Of a stretch of 64,000 nt of DNA, positions 10,701 to 18,638 are shown piece after piece (position 1 is the stretch's first letter; each line of letters opens with the position of its first letter). Location of the stretch: the sequence record NC_048053.1. The stretch is one strand, 5' to 3'. Under the pieces are notes generated by a model. That model was not told the origin of the DNA. It ran no database searches and worked only from the letters and a program-made list of their open reading frames with translations. Both the position numbers and the translations under genes were made by a program.

Positions 10701-12243
10701 TTTCATTTTCAGTGTACTGCGCGACAAGGCTAGTGAGATAATCATTTCTCAAAACTTTGCTGCGCAGATAGTTTTCTACAACCTGCGTATGCTCAGAAGT
10801 GGAAAGATATTGCGGCTCAATTACCCGACTGGAATCGTCGTTATACGTCACGATTGTGCGCAACTCAATCTGTTCGCCTTGATTGATTGTGTCGCTTACT
10901 GAAATTGAAATAGAAGCAGGCACAAGTTCCATTTCGCTTTTCTTCACAACGAATTCTTTCGTCGCATAGTAATCAAAAATTCCCTGATAACGAGCTTTCA
11001 GCGCAATCTTTGTATCTGCGGCAACATAAGGCAACACAAGAAAAGAACCGTTGAAACTTCCCAAAGGAGTTTCAAGAATAACGTTACCGCTCGCAGTGAG
11101 ATCGCGACGCTGACCATTAGCATATGTGCCGTAGACTTGAATCTGCGTGCTACTGTTTCCGTAGAGAGTTTTCTCTACCAGTTCAATTGAAACTGGATCA
11201 GGCTCAATACCTAACGGGAATAAGCGCACGCTGATTTCATGTTCAGTCTCGCCGTACACAACAGTAAGTTGAATTGTACGAATAGCAGCAGGCTCTTTGA
11301 ACGTAACTTTATTTCCGTTACGGCTCTCGATCATTTCGTGATCTTTCACATAAACTTCTTCGGTAGTTACGCTGTTATCACTGTACAGCACATTAACACC
11401 GAAAGAAATTTCTTCACCGCCGTGAATAAAATCGGGCTGAATGAATTGAAGTTCACTGACCAGAGGTTTGCCTACATAACTACGGCGAACAGGCTCAACA
11501 ACACTATGCGCACCAATATAAATTTCAGCAGCGATATTTAGTGTCGTATACACGCCATGCAAAACTTCTTCGATTGGTGCCCACTGATAAAACAGTTGAG
11601 CACAACGACGAAAGAACATTACATTGCGTGCCGCTTTTTGGTAAGGATCGATGTTAACAGGATCAAAACCGATATGATTCAAATGCCACTCTTCGGCTTG
11701 CGCCTGCGTCATCCCAACAGCAACGAGCGCAGTAACGATATCGTTTTTGCTGTCACGGTCGATAGTTAAATCCAGACCACTGTTAATCAGATGTGCATCA
11801 ACTTCTAAATCAACGTGCGTTGTTTTATACCAAGTGCCGCCATCTTTAATCATGGTGCCTAGCGGAGTCGGAACGAAACTTTGATAGTCATTGGTATAAA
11901 GACGATAGCTTTCAAAATTCGCACCAAGCAGAATGGCAACGAACTTGTGCCAGTTTTTTGTTCCACTTACTTCGCTGTACTCAGGAAGAACATCAAAAAT
12001 CTTTTTGAAAACTTCGCTGCGGAAACTCATGATATCGCGAGTTACGTTGATACCGATTTCCTGAACACTTTCTTCAAGCACTTCCGTTGTGCTTTTAGTT
12101 GTGATGCGGCGAATGTCTATCAGTTGTTGAATAACATCGAGATTTCGCTCGTCGTTATGTTCAGCAATGATATCGAACAGTTCACCTATTGCAGCGTTGT
12201 CTTGAAAGAAGTCCAGAAAGAAATCTGGAGTTTGTGACTTCAT
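7720..12243 (-). CDS. large baseplate wedge-associated protein with Ig-like repeats
   Basis: 1507 aa directly after the wedge gene; repeated beta-sandwich units; C-terminal YPYYG...YGYFMCPARYG...MDGA domain. Confidence 0.7.
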   Translation of the reverse strand: MKSQTPDFFLDFFQDNAAIGELFDIIAEHNDERNLDVIQQLIDIRRITTKSTTEVLEESVQEIGINVTRDIMSFRSEVFKKIFDVLPEYSEVSGTKNWHKFVAILLGANFESYRLYTNDYQSFVPTPLGTMIKDGGTWYKTTHVDLEVDAHLINSGLDLTIDRDSKNDIVTALVAVGMTQAQAEEWHLNHIGFDPVNIDPYQKAARNVMFFRRCAQLFYQWAPIEEVLHGVYTTLNIAAEIYIGAHSVVEPVRRSYVGKPLVSELQFIQPDFIHGGEEISFGVNVLYSDNSVTTEEVYVKDHEMIESRNGNKVTFKEPAAIRTIQLTVVYGETEHEISVRLFPLGIEPDPVSIELVEKTLYGNSSTQIQVYGTYANGQRRDLTASGNVILETPLGSFNGSFLVLPYVAADTKIALKARYQGIFDYYATKEFVVKKSEMELVPASISISVSDTINQGEQIELRTIVTYNDDSSRVIEPQYLSTSEHTQVVENYLRSKVLRNDYLTSLVAQYTENETTVSTTKSIKFVAPKTKLADLKIVLPSVVQERDIVQPKAIALYVLDSATQKQIDDRDPSIIVAELEVDAQWSTTADLNAGVRNIPDLNKQTGKFQAPIISDGYETFSLNAGIIEGSTVKTFQKLFDIYSTIYVPRILDLLSSGKLNSGSTLNLPVACTWNTGKTVAALAKVTAEFIPSPSAKTEAYARTVALQEEAIKNGQDPTKFDPNNPEYSRWVTLTVSDSTQNMYDPFVGAGGKIKQLYFKGDLHGTARIKMEYTYDNSTITNIRDIVLVPVRSLVSSVEIECYDILFENSRTFARLFATYEDGSQEYVQAANWSASWPEQDEVDYELIKFNPSTYTGMAVVEILEGRTPKSFAEFKNMEASKLPMLLNIGSLKELSETSFDGAIVQVNKLTFDSYANIKARFYRIESSLTVQLRIPDRESINTIISARIDGATNIRADVQGESYALVCTFELPGIVKNMDGSYGNIPKSTYDAEMTCDWFITDHYTLDITNNQRTLIPSNSPVAVIDDEGNLTPTINSDTAVKIRARYQCDGYSIERFLLVYITRANTYLLSMGITGQDIVWELAERNPTYEYEKGRWFIPYGYRVQLNTGSEIIGSEGTWQIGDDTDVEAVSIDSPSGHLYIGGNQISDGKIRINCEFVKINPETIQDETISASRVITLMSTQSIIEAEIKDVGGNVIPNNKYRLSMEYKRRNDQVGTSISPDADTVSFTWSIINSSPGFTIDQQGFFQFAAADDIQTVTVRCTLREQRTVIERDVDITCLKVGYPQDLTITGFSNVRDESIIQLKALLGRSGTFNREDVSANALWQVTNDRGDTVSVQGVSVDQRGNVSIDPLLSDVRFGIRCTYIENKVRLVQTHYINAHSSYPYYGTAPFGLTTLAVVEANLQSRLRSNVGGTFVFSPRTNEYGYFMCPARYGSAKFGSASDSQGQINAGWKAMDGARWPVTGDDGKTGTLTMQKVYDNVTETLYLYRSNERAFGTAVLTVRYS

Positions 12244-13703
12244 GACATATTCCTTTCGCTGTATGTCACATTGATTTGTAGATTACGCAATGCAACATAT
12301 TCGAGTTTGCTGTTTGGAATCAGATCCTGAATCGGACTAAGTACGTTCAGATAATCAACTTCCGGACGCTTAACAGGTTCATCAGGATCGGTGTGATCGT
12401 ATTTCACTGCGTCGATGATATCGGAGACTGCCAAGCGTTTTCCGAGAGAACCGGATTTACGCTCGAACAGCTTCATAACAGCAGTAGCGATCTTATCCTG
12501 ATTTGATTGACGAGTGCCGCTTGCGTCTGCAAACAATGCAACATCAATAATAACATCGGCAGCAAGTTTATCCGGATTCCACGTTTGAATTTCAAGTTCG
12601 GATTTATATTTATCTTCAATCCAACTTAAAAATTTATTCCACTGCGCACTAACAGGACTAGGGTTGATGCCGCCCCAACTGCTAGTGTTCTTTGGCAAAA
12701 TACAAACGCGAATAACGCCCATCCATTCTTTATCGTTCGGCGCAATATCACGCTGCGACATTATTACAACGTCAGCAACATCCGGATATAGACTGATTGC
12801 AGCTTTCCATTCATCGTGACGAATAAGTTTTCCTTTCGCACGACCGAGAACAGGCGCAAAACGTCTGTAGTATTCAGCAGAAGTTTCATCAGCAGCGCCA
12901 GCAATTGACGTTGTTGTTTTGCCTTGCAGAACACTGTAGTTAACTGCCTGAACTTTTAGACCAACCGTGTCACTATTTACCGTAGCGCCAAGTGAACGAG
13001 TAGCAGCGACGTTAAAAGTATAACCAACAGGAGGAATGCTTCCCCATCGTTCGCCGCCAAATTGAATCGTAACGTCGCCATCATCTTTTGTAATGTCGAT
13101 AAAAATGTTCTGATTCTCATAGGCTTCAAACAAACATTTGTCGAAACGATCATAAACAATCTTCTGTCCGGTAGGAGTTTCCAACCAAACTTCAATATCG
13201 TTTGTGATTTCAAAGTTATCAGTGTTCAAATCGAAACTCAAATAATCGCCCGTTTGAGTAATCAGTTGAGTGTATTTAAAACGGGAACCAACGATCAGAT
13301 CAACTGTTTTAGTTTCACCTGCTTCCCACTGCGTTACTTCTGCAAGTAAGCCGGAAAGACTACCAATGCTGATCGGTTCATATTTATCCAGAATGATTTT
13401 AGTTCGCCCGGTGTTAGTTATCTGAGCACTAACAGAACCAGCAGATTTGCGCGTAATGTCTACGCCAAGAAAACGAGCGCCTGCATAAATACTTGTTGTA
13501 CGGCGAGCAAGACGGATAAATGCTTCTCGCGCTGCAATTAAAGTTGCGGTACTGTTTGTAATACCCAAATCACCTAACGCATCAGCAAGCAAACTAGTCA
13601 TACTACTGACTTGTTGATCAGTCCAATAAGTAGATTGCTGGAGTCTACTCAAAATGTCTTGAGCAAACTCTTCATGCGTAGTGAAAGTATTGAGAATTGT
13701 CAT
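12240..13703 (-). CDS. baseplate wedge protein (T4 gp6 / J-like)
   Basis: SIAGAADETSAEYYRRFAP...LIRHDEWKAAISLYPDVADV...IRVCILP pattern; follows a gp25-like gene. Confidence 0.85.
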   Translation of the reverse strand: MTILNTFTTHEEFAQDILSRLQQSTYWTDQQVSSMTSLLADALGDLGITNSTATLIAAREAFIRLARRTTSIYAGARFLGVDITRKSAGSVSAQITNTGRTKIILDKYEPISIGSLSGLLAEVTQWEAGETKTVDLIVGSRFKYTQLITQTGDYLSFDLNTDNFEITNDIEVWLETPTGQKIVYDRFDKCLFEAYENQNIFIDITKDDGDVTIQFGGERWGSIPPVGYTFNVAATRSLGATVNSDTVGLKVQAVNYSVLQGKTTTSIAGAADETSAEYYRRFAPVLGRAKGKLIRHDEWKAAISLYPDVADVVIMSQRDIAPNDKEWMGVIRVCILPKNTSSWGGINPSPVSAQWNKFLSWIEDKYKSELEIQTWNPDKLAADVIIDVALFADASGTRQSNQDKIATAVMKLFERKSGSLGKRLAVSDIIDAVKYDHTDPDEPVKRPEVDYLNVLSPIQDLIPNSKLEYVALRNLQINVTYSERNMS

Positions 13704-14113
13704 AGCGGCCTCAATGCAAATGTGACGGAATCCTTATCTTCCAGCGCAGGAACTCTCCATGCAATATAGCATTCGTAAGTTTGCTGTTCAGAGCGGAAAA
13801 CTTTCACATAAATATTTGTGATATCGTTAGTCAATCCGTTATCCGGATCTTCGAGCGCAGTTTTAATATGCGTTTGAATCCATCCGGCTGTTTCATCGTC
13901 GAACGGTTCGAATAAATCTTTATAGACAAGGGAACCAAATTTCTCCCGCCATTTACGCGAACCTTTTCGCGTACCGATAACGAATAAAACTTTTTGCGTG
14001 ATGCTGTCCATATCCTGAACTGTATCACGCAATTCCATTTTGATATCCATGTTGATATCAGAATAGATTGCTTCGTTAGCAGGAACGTTAACACGCTTTG
14101 TAATTATGCCCAT
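13700..14113 (-). CDS. baseplate wedge gp25-like protein
   Basis: YSDINMD...SITQKVLFVIGTRKGSRKWREKFGS matches the gp25/GPW motif. Confidence 0.85.
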   Translation of the reverse strand: MGIITKRVNVPANEAIYSDINMDIKMELRDTVQDMDSITQKVLFVIGTRKGSRKWREKFGSLVYKDLFEPFDDETAGWIQTHIKTALEDPDNGLTNDITNIYVKVFRSEQQTYECYIAWRVPALEDKDSVTFALRPL

Positions 14114-14403
14114 TAGCCAAACCCTACGTTACCTGAACCGTTGCTTGCCGTATCGCCGCAAGTATTTCCGTCTCCCGCACGCTGCGCAGGTTTTCCATTT
14201 ACGAAAACAGTTGCGCCGCTAGTAGCGTATCCGGTATGTGGCGGTTTCTTTGGCTTCCAGTGAGGTTGATAAGGATCGCCATTACGAACAACGCCCAAAC
14301 CATTCACAAAAACATTTCCGGAAGCACCAACAGGAACAACAGGAAAATACCCACTGTGACCAGTAGTTTGATCAGCACCCAATCGAATAACAGGTTTTCC
14401 CAT
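14113..14403 (-). CDS. PAAR-repeat spike tip protein
   Basis: PVIRLGAD..TGH...NVFVNG..VVRNGD...H...VFVNGKPAQRAGD..TCG. Confidence 0.92.
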   Translation of the reverse strand: MGKPVIRLGADQTTGHSGYFPVVPVGASGNVFVNGLGVVRNGDPYQPHWKPKKPPHTGYATSGATVFVNGKPAQRAGDGNTCGDTASNGSGNVGFG

Positions 14404-14429
14404 TAGATTTTCTCCTTTTGTTACTGGTT

Positions 14430-14436
14430 AAATTAG
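14430..14436 (-). promoter_or_regulatory. candidate late promoter core CTAATTT
   Basis: 27 nt upstream of the PAAR start, just past a terminator. Confidence 0.45.
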
Positions 14437-14440
14437 TGGC

Positions 14441-14477
14441 AGAAACAAAAACGGGCAGCACAAAGGCCACCCGTTTT
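14441..14477 (-). terminator. intrinsic terminator closing the non-coding tract
   Basis: AAAACGGGTGGC-CTTTGT-GCTGCCCGTTTT-TGTTT. Confidence 0.85.
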
Positions 14478-14927
14478 CGTATCAAATTTTTCATGCGGAT
14501 TTAAAAGTTTGACTCGCAGCCTATAGAATAACGGCGCGGCAATCGGTATATAGCTTGGGCAAATAAAAGCAGTTGTTCGCCGTGTTGCATCCGACAGAAT
14601 CGCCGCGCCATTTGGAGGCGGCACAAAACCCCACGTCTGAAATTTTGTTTGTCTGAATAAGCGGAGTTACCCGCAATTTACCGCAATCAAATTTAAATTT
14701 TTCGGCAAGTGTTGTCGCTGTCTAACACATCCCCATAATGTGCGCTTTGCCGTACACCACGGCGTAGCCAGACGCGAGACGTTTCGGTGTTCTCGCACAC
14801 ATTTCTATAATGCCTGATCTTACCCCTTGCCAAAGCAAGATCAGTAGCGACATAAGGAGGATGAGATCTTTCACTCTGAATGTTTCCTTATATCGAGTTC
14901 TTCAAATACATTTTACAGTATTAAATC
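14478..14927 (-). ncRNA. candidate structured ncRNA (about 450 nt)
   Basis: no credible ORF; stems 14531-14543/14599-14611, 14737-14803 (multibranch), 14814-14844 and 14848-14895; stem mismatches resolve as G-U pairs on the minus strand. Confidence 0.5.
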
Positions 14928-14954
14928 TTAACCACCGTAGAACCAATCATTCAT
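14928..14954 (-). CDS. possible 8-aa mini-ORF MNDWFYGG
   Basis: AGGAG RBS 8 nt upstream; ATG overlaps the preceding TGA. Confidence 0.3.
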   Translation of the reverse strand: MNDWFYGG

Positions 14955-15055
14955 TTTGCTTCTCCTGTTCCGCAATCAATTATCCACGCACGTAATTCTT
15001 CGCGAGACATTTTTGCAGGCGGTGTGAATGTTTCAGATTTAAGAGCTTTATCCAT
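14951..15055 (-). CDS. small phage protein (MDKALKSETFTPPAKMSREELRAWII...)
   Basis: 34-aa ORF below the track cutoff; resembles small phage proteins with an 'F.I.RM..AL.S......lSREE.R.fi' pattern (from memory). Confidence 0.55.
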   Translation of the reverse strand: MDKALKSETFTPPAKMSREELRAWIIDCGTGEAK

Positions 15056-15094
15056 CCGGTTAATATCAAAAATAACAACCGGATCTACAAGCGC

Positions 15095-15406
15095 TCATTT
15101 TTCAGATGCACGCATCATGCAGTCTTGCGCTTCAAGCAGTTTACGCAAACCAGCACTTTTTTCTGCGCTATCCGGAATCTCGTTATCTAGCGTTTCCGCA
15201 ATATGTCGAAAACATCCAGCAATTCCCATCTTCGTGAAATCGCCTGCGAAGCGTTCCTGATCAAAGTAGTTCATGATCGGATTAGAATATTCTTTCTTCG
15301 CGCCGCCCCAATCACCAACTTCTTTCGGGCCAGGCATTCCGGTCGGGCCAGCATTTGTTCCCGGAGAATTTTTCTTTTCGGTTATATCAATACGTCTTTC
15401 CGACAT
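15095..15406 (-). CDS. small helical-hairpin protein, possibly Acb2/Tad1-like nucleotide sponge
   Basis: GAGGA RBS; C-terminal LDNEIPDSAEKSAGLRKLLEAQDCMMRA motif of a widespread phage family. Confidence 0.6.
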   Translation of the reverse strand: MSERRIDITEKKNSPGTNAGPTGMPGPKEVGDWGGAKKEYSNPIMNYFDQERFAGDFTKMGIAGCFRHIAETLDNEIPDSAEKSAGLRKLLEAQDCMMRASEK

Positions 15407-15420
15407 TTTTTGTTCCTCTT

Positions 15421-16400
15421 AGGTAACATCCTGCATTACGCTGTTAAGGGCAACGCAATGCAAGTTGTCTTCCCAACTCTCCAGACAAAAAGATTTTCTA
15501 TTCGTTTCCCGTCTCCCCACTGAAACAGGTCTAAACGAAATCTATCTTCGAAGCCTCGCAGGAGGTCTTGCAATACGCGATGGACGGCGTAGGCAAAATA
15601 CGATCTTCGGTCTGCGGCAGTTATTTGAAATCATCGTAAGATGACAAGATAGTGTCGTAAAACCGCTACCCACACTTTAAACTTCCTGCTAAATAAGATT
15701 CGAATACGGAAGCACCGCACGGGATATTCGAAAATAAGTCCTCTTTGATTGGCAACAGCTTTTATGGTACAGCGCAATGCACACTCAAACTTCGAATGTG
15801 CATTAAGCAGTGCGAAGATTTTGTTTCCCGGTTCCCCATTGAAGCAGGTCTAAACAAAAATCTTGGTATGGCCTAGCCGGAAGCCTGAAACATCAGCAAG
15901 AATGCTCAGTAAAGAACTATCCACACCTGCGGAGGTTAAGACACTTAATCGCGAATGAAAAACTTAATGTGGAATGCTTTCGCGCACCGCTTGTCAACAA
16001 GCCACATGGATATGTCAAACGTTGCCATTACACGCTCAGACGTGTGCGAGATACCGCTCCACCGGATCTCAGTATATTCACTTTACAGTTTTAAAATAAA
16101 TATACGGAAAACGTTGGCAAAAGATTTCCCGTTTATGTCCTCGTTAGAAAACATAAACGGCATTCTTTCTTGCTGTCTGCGATAAATCGTTTTTTCTCTG
16201 TCTGGAAGAGAAAAGGCGATTTCGTTTCCCCCTGTTAGGAGCGGCTTGGTAGCCTACAAGTGAAACGGCTGCCAGTGTTATATCCCCACTTTACAGATTC
16301 GTTCTCCCGCAAAAGAACTTTTATGAATCCAACTGGCTAGGGTCTACAGACAAGGCGGGGAAAAAGTAAAACCGCCTTGCCTCAACTAATTACTATTTAC
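15421..16400 (-). ncRNA. candidate large structured ncRNA (about 950 nt)
   Basis: about 1 kb with no credible ORF in an otherwise gene-dense window; more than 12 hairpins, multibranch junctions and a duplicated 33-nt module. Confidence 0.55.
15504..15855. repeat. two 33-nt imperfect direct repeats (15504-15536 and 15823-15855)
   Basis: GTTTCCCGTCTCCCCACTGAAACAGGTCTAAAC vs GTTTCCCGGTTCCCCATTGAAGCAGGTCTAAAC, 29/33 identical. Confidence 0.9.
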
Positions 16401-16409
16401 AGATTTGCT

Positions 16410-18188
16410 TTAGAAAATTTTGCGCTTAACTTGTGAATAGTAAACTTCAAAAGGAGCGCCATATAAAGCAGGGCCACGTTGCGCACGCGCCGTAACTTTA
16501 CCTGTATGAAGATGCACTTCGGTGATTTCTACCGTAGGCTGTTTCGGGCGAATAGTTTCGTAGATAGGTGCATTCAACGTAGGATAATCCTCGTAGAATT
16601 TAGCGAAACTTTCTTGCTGTTCTTTGGTAGCAGGAGGCAGAGTTAAACGCAATTCAGCGGCTTTCTTACCACGCGCCAAACGAACAGCACCTTTTTTCAA
16701 AGGTACGCCTTGATACATCAGATAAGAAGTAATGCGGCGAGCAATACCCAATACCTGATCATAAACAACGTCATTCATTTCTGGCGCACTAAAACGAATT
16801 CCGGTTGTTGGTTGTGGATGAGCCAGACGAACGCCAGTGCTGAAATAACCTTCTTCAATCAGGCGGCGCAAGAAGTCATAGGTTTTTGCAACGGTGCCGT
16901 CATAGATCGGAAATTCAATTTTTGGCGCATCAGCTTTAGGTTCAACAAAAGTTGGAAGCTGAACAGGCGCAGCCATTTTAACAGTCTGCGAAACTTTATA
17001 AGTGTTCTCCAGAATAGGAGTTGTTTTGATTACAACTTTATTCTTAATTGCTTTCTTATAGTTTTCGTCAGTGGTGAGTGAAGTAAATAGGCGATAGTCA
17101 ACCGGACTCGTATAGCCGCCGATAATATCGCGCACCTGCGTTTGCAGTTTTGCCTGCGTGTCAGCAAAAATTACGCGACTACGGTTAGGCGTACTCGGAG
17201 AAACCGGGAAGAACGCGCCGTAAACAGTTTTGATGTTGCGCGGCGATCCTGTTCCCGTAACCTTAGTTGCATTTTCCAGTTTCGGAAGTTTTTCAGCCTG
17301 ACCGACAGGCGCAACTTTCGGCGTACTGCGAATCGCTTTACCTTTAATATAACTGGTGCCTTCCGGATCAACAGTCAGATTACTCAGCAGAGTTTTCACT
17401 GCTTGAGAATCCATCCAACTTTCAATAGGAACAGCGAGATTGTGCGCGAGATAATGTTTCTTACGGCGCAGCAGAACAACAGTGCCTTTCGGAATAAGAG
17501 GCGAGAGAAGTTTTTTCTTCGCAGTTCCGACATAAGCAAACGAGTCGTTCTTCAAATCTGAAATTTGACCAAACGGTGCGGTAAATTCCAGAGCGCCCAT
17601 GATGTTCTGCGCAGTTTCATGGCCGCGAACAATAAACTGAATTCGAGGACTATCTTTCAAACGAAGATCATAACGGTCTTTGTTGAGATAGGTAATCTTG
17701 ATCAGATCGCCTTTCTCAAGTTCCAGATCATATTCGTCCGAAGCATCATCTACCGCCATTTTCTTGCCAGTATATTTGAGATACTTAGGCGCGGCAGATT
17801 CAGAGCTAACATCCAGCACATCGAAAACACGTTGAGAGTTTTCAGCATACTCACGCGCAGCAAGCATAGCGGTAGCGAGATTGTAGCTAATGGATTTTTC
17901 TTTCGGTGGAACTAACTGAACATGAACACTGCTACTTGCGCTCATGAAAACAGTTTGATTATCGTCGCGAGTTCCGGCGAAGTGCATTCCAGTAAGACGC
18001 TCTACCGCGTCAGCACTAATGCTTTCGTGTGCGATACGATCACCGGGAACAATTTCAGTGATCTCCCCACGGTGCCAGACATATGCGGCGCGTCCGTTAT
18101 GACCAATAAAATGATCACCTACTTTAGAAATTGACCGTGGGATAATTCCCAAGTCAGAGATAACGCGAGAAGGTTTTTGAACAATCAT
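16410..18188 (-). CDS. putative internal head protein
   Basis: 592 aa; several N-terminal S-x-S motifs; two copies of the shared Y(K/R)YxG domain. Confidence 0.65.
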   Translation of the reverse strand: MIVQKPSRVISDLGIIPRSISKVGDHFIGHNGRAAYVWHRGEITEIVPGDRIAHESISADAVERLTGMHFAGTRDDNQTVFMSASSSVHVQLVPPKEKSISYNLATAMLAAREYAENSQRVFDVLDVSSESAAPKYLKYTGKKMAVDDASDEYDLELEKGDLIKITYLNKDRYDLRLKDSPRIQFIVRGHETAQNIMGALEFTAPFGQISDLKNDSFAYVGTAKKKLLSPLIPKGTVVLLRRKKHYLAHNLAVPIESWMDSQAVKTLLSNLTVDPEGTSYIKGKAIRSTPKVAPVGQAEKLPKLENATKVTGTGSPRNIKTVYGAFFPVSPSTPNRSRVIFADTQAKLQTQVRDIIGGYTSPVDYRLFTSLTTDENYKKAIKNKVVIKTTPILENTYKVSQTVKMAAPVQLPTFVEPKADAPKIEFPIYDGTVAKTYDFLRRLIEEGYFSTGVRLAHPQPTTGIRFSAPEMNDVVYDQVLGIARRITSYLMYQGVPLKKGAVRLARGKKAAELRLTLPPATKEQQESFAKFYEDYPTLNAPIYETIRPKQPTVEITEVHLHTGKVTARAQRGPALYGAPFEVYYSQVKRKIF

Positions 18189-18197
18189 GACCTGTCC

Positions 18198-18638
18198 TTA
18201 TATCGAAATTTTTCGCATTGAGTGTTGCTGGAGAAGTCGAAGATTTCCAAACATCACATTATATGCAGAGGTTCCATACGTGTGGATGAGTTCGCGAGGA
18301 ACAAACGTGCCGAAATAAAGACAGTTAGGATCGAGTTGAGTGATTTCCATTCCAACGTTTTTATCAATGTTGGAAACCACCCACACCCACGGTTCCGCAA
18401 AGAAACGATCATTGCGAACATGGATACGATAACCAATTGCCATTTCTCGACCGCTAGGATCAAACGAAAACAGATCAACAGTTTTCTTATTCATTGCTTT
18501 CTGTACGGTGAACAATGCCATCGTGCGAAACTTTTCAGAAAACTGCGGAAGGTGCGCGTTGTCCTGTTCTATTTGCAGCAAGATTTTGTCTTGCTGTTCC
18601 TGCGTCATCTTTCCAAAATATTTTATTGCGAAAGGCAT
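18198..18638 (-). CDS. hypothetical protein
   Basis: 146-aa ORF coupled to the upstream kinase gene. Confidence 0.75.
   Translation of the reverse strand: MPFAIKYFGKMTQEQQDKILLQIEQDNAHLPQFSEKFRTMALFTVQKAMNKKTVDLFSFDPSGREMAIGYRIHVRNDRFFAEPWVWVVSNIDKNVGMEITQLDPNCLYFGTFVPRELIHTYGTSAYNVMFGNLRLLQQHSMRKISI

Noticed and set aside
14737-14803. Hammerhead ribozyme or c-di-GMP riboswitch
   Set aside because: GAAAC and GCAAA words are present, but the CUGANGA core and the canonical riboswitch consensus are absent
15690-15800. tRNA or tmRNA (TTCGAA T-loop-like words)
   Set aside because: The words belong to simple inverted repeats; no cloverleaf, acceptor stem or CCA end
15955-16185. 76-aa plus-strand ORF (also 14810-14995, 15203-15523 and minus-strand 14433-14624)
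   Set aside because: No RBS or motifs; the plus-strand ones oppose all other genes; all lie in structured DNA or cross a terminator
15491-16310. CRISPR array
   Set aside because: Only two near-identical units, 319 nt apart; the other GATT..GTTTCCC motifs are irregularly spaced; no cas genes in the window
16351-16379. Terminator for the 16410 gene
   Set aside because: Strong CAAGGCGG/CCGCCTTG stem but no U-tract on the minus strand; treated as a possible 5' hairpin of the ncRNA
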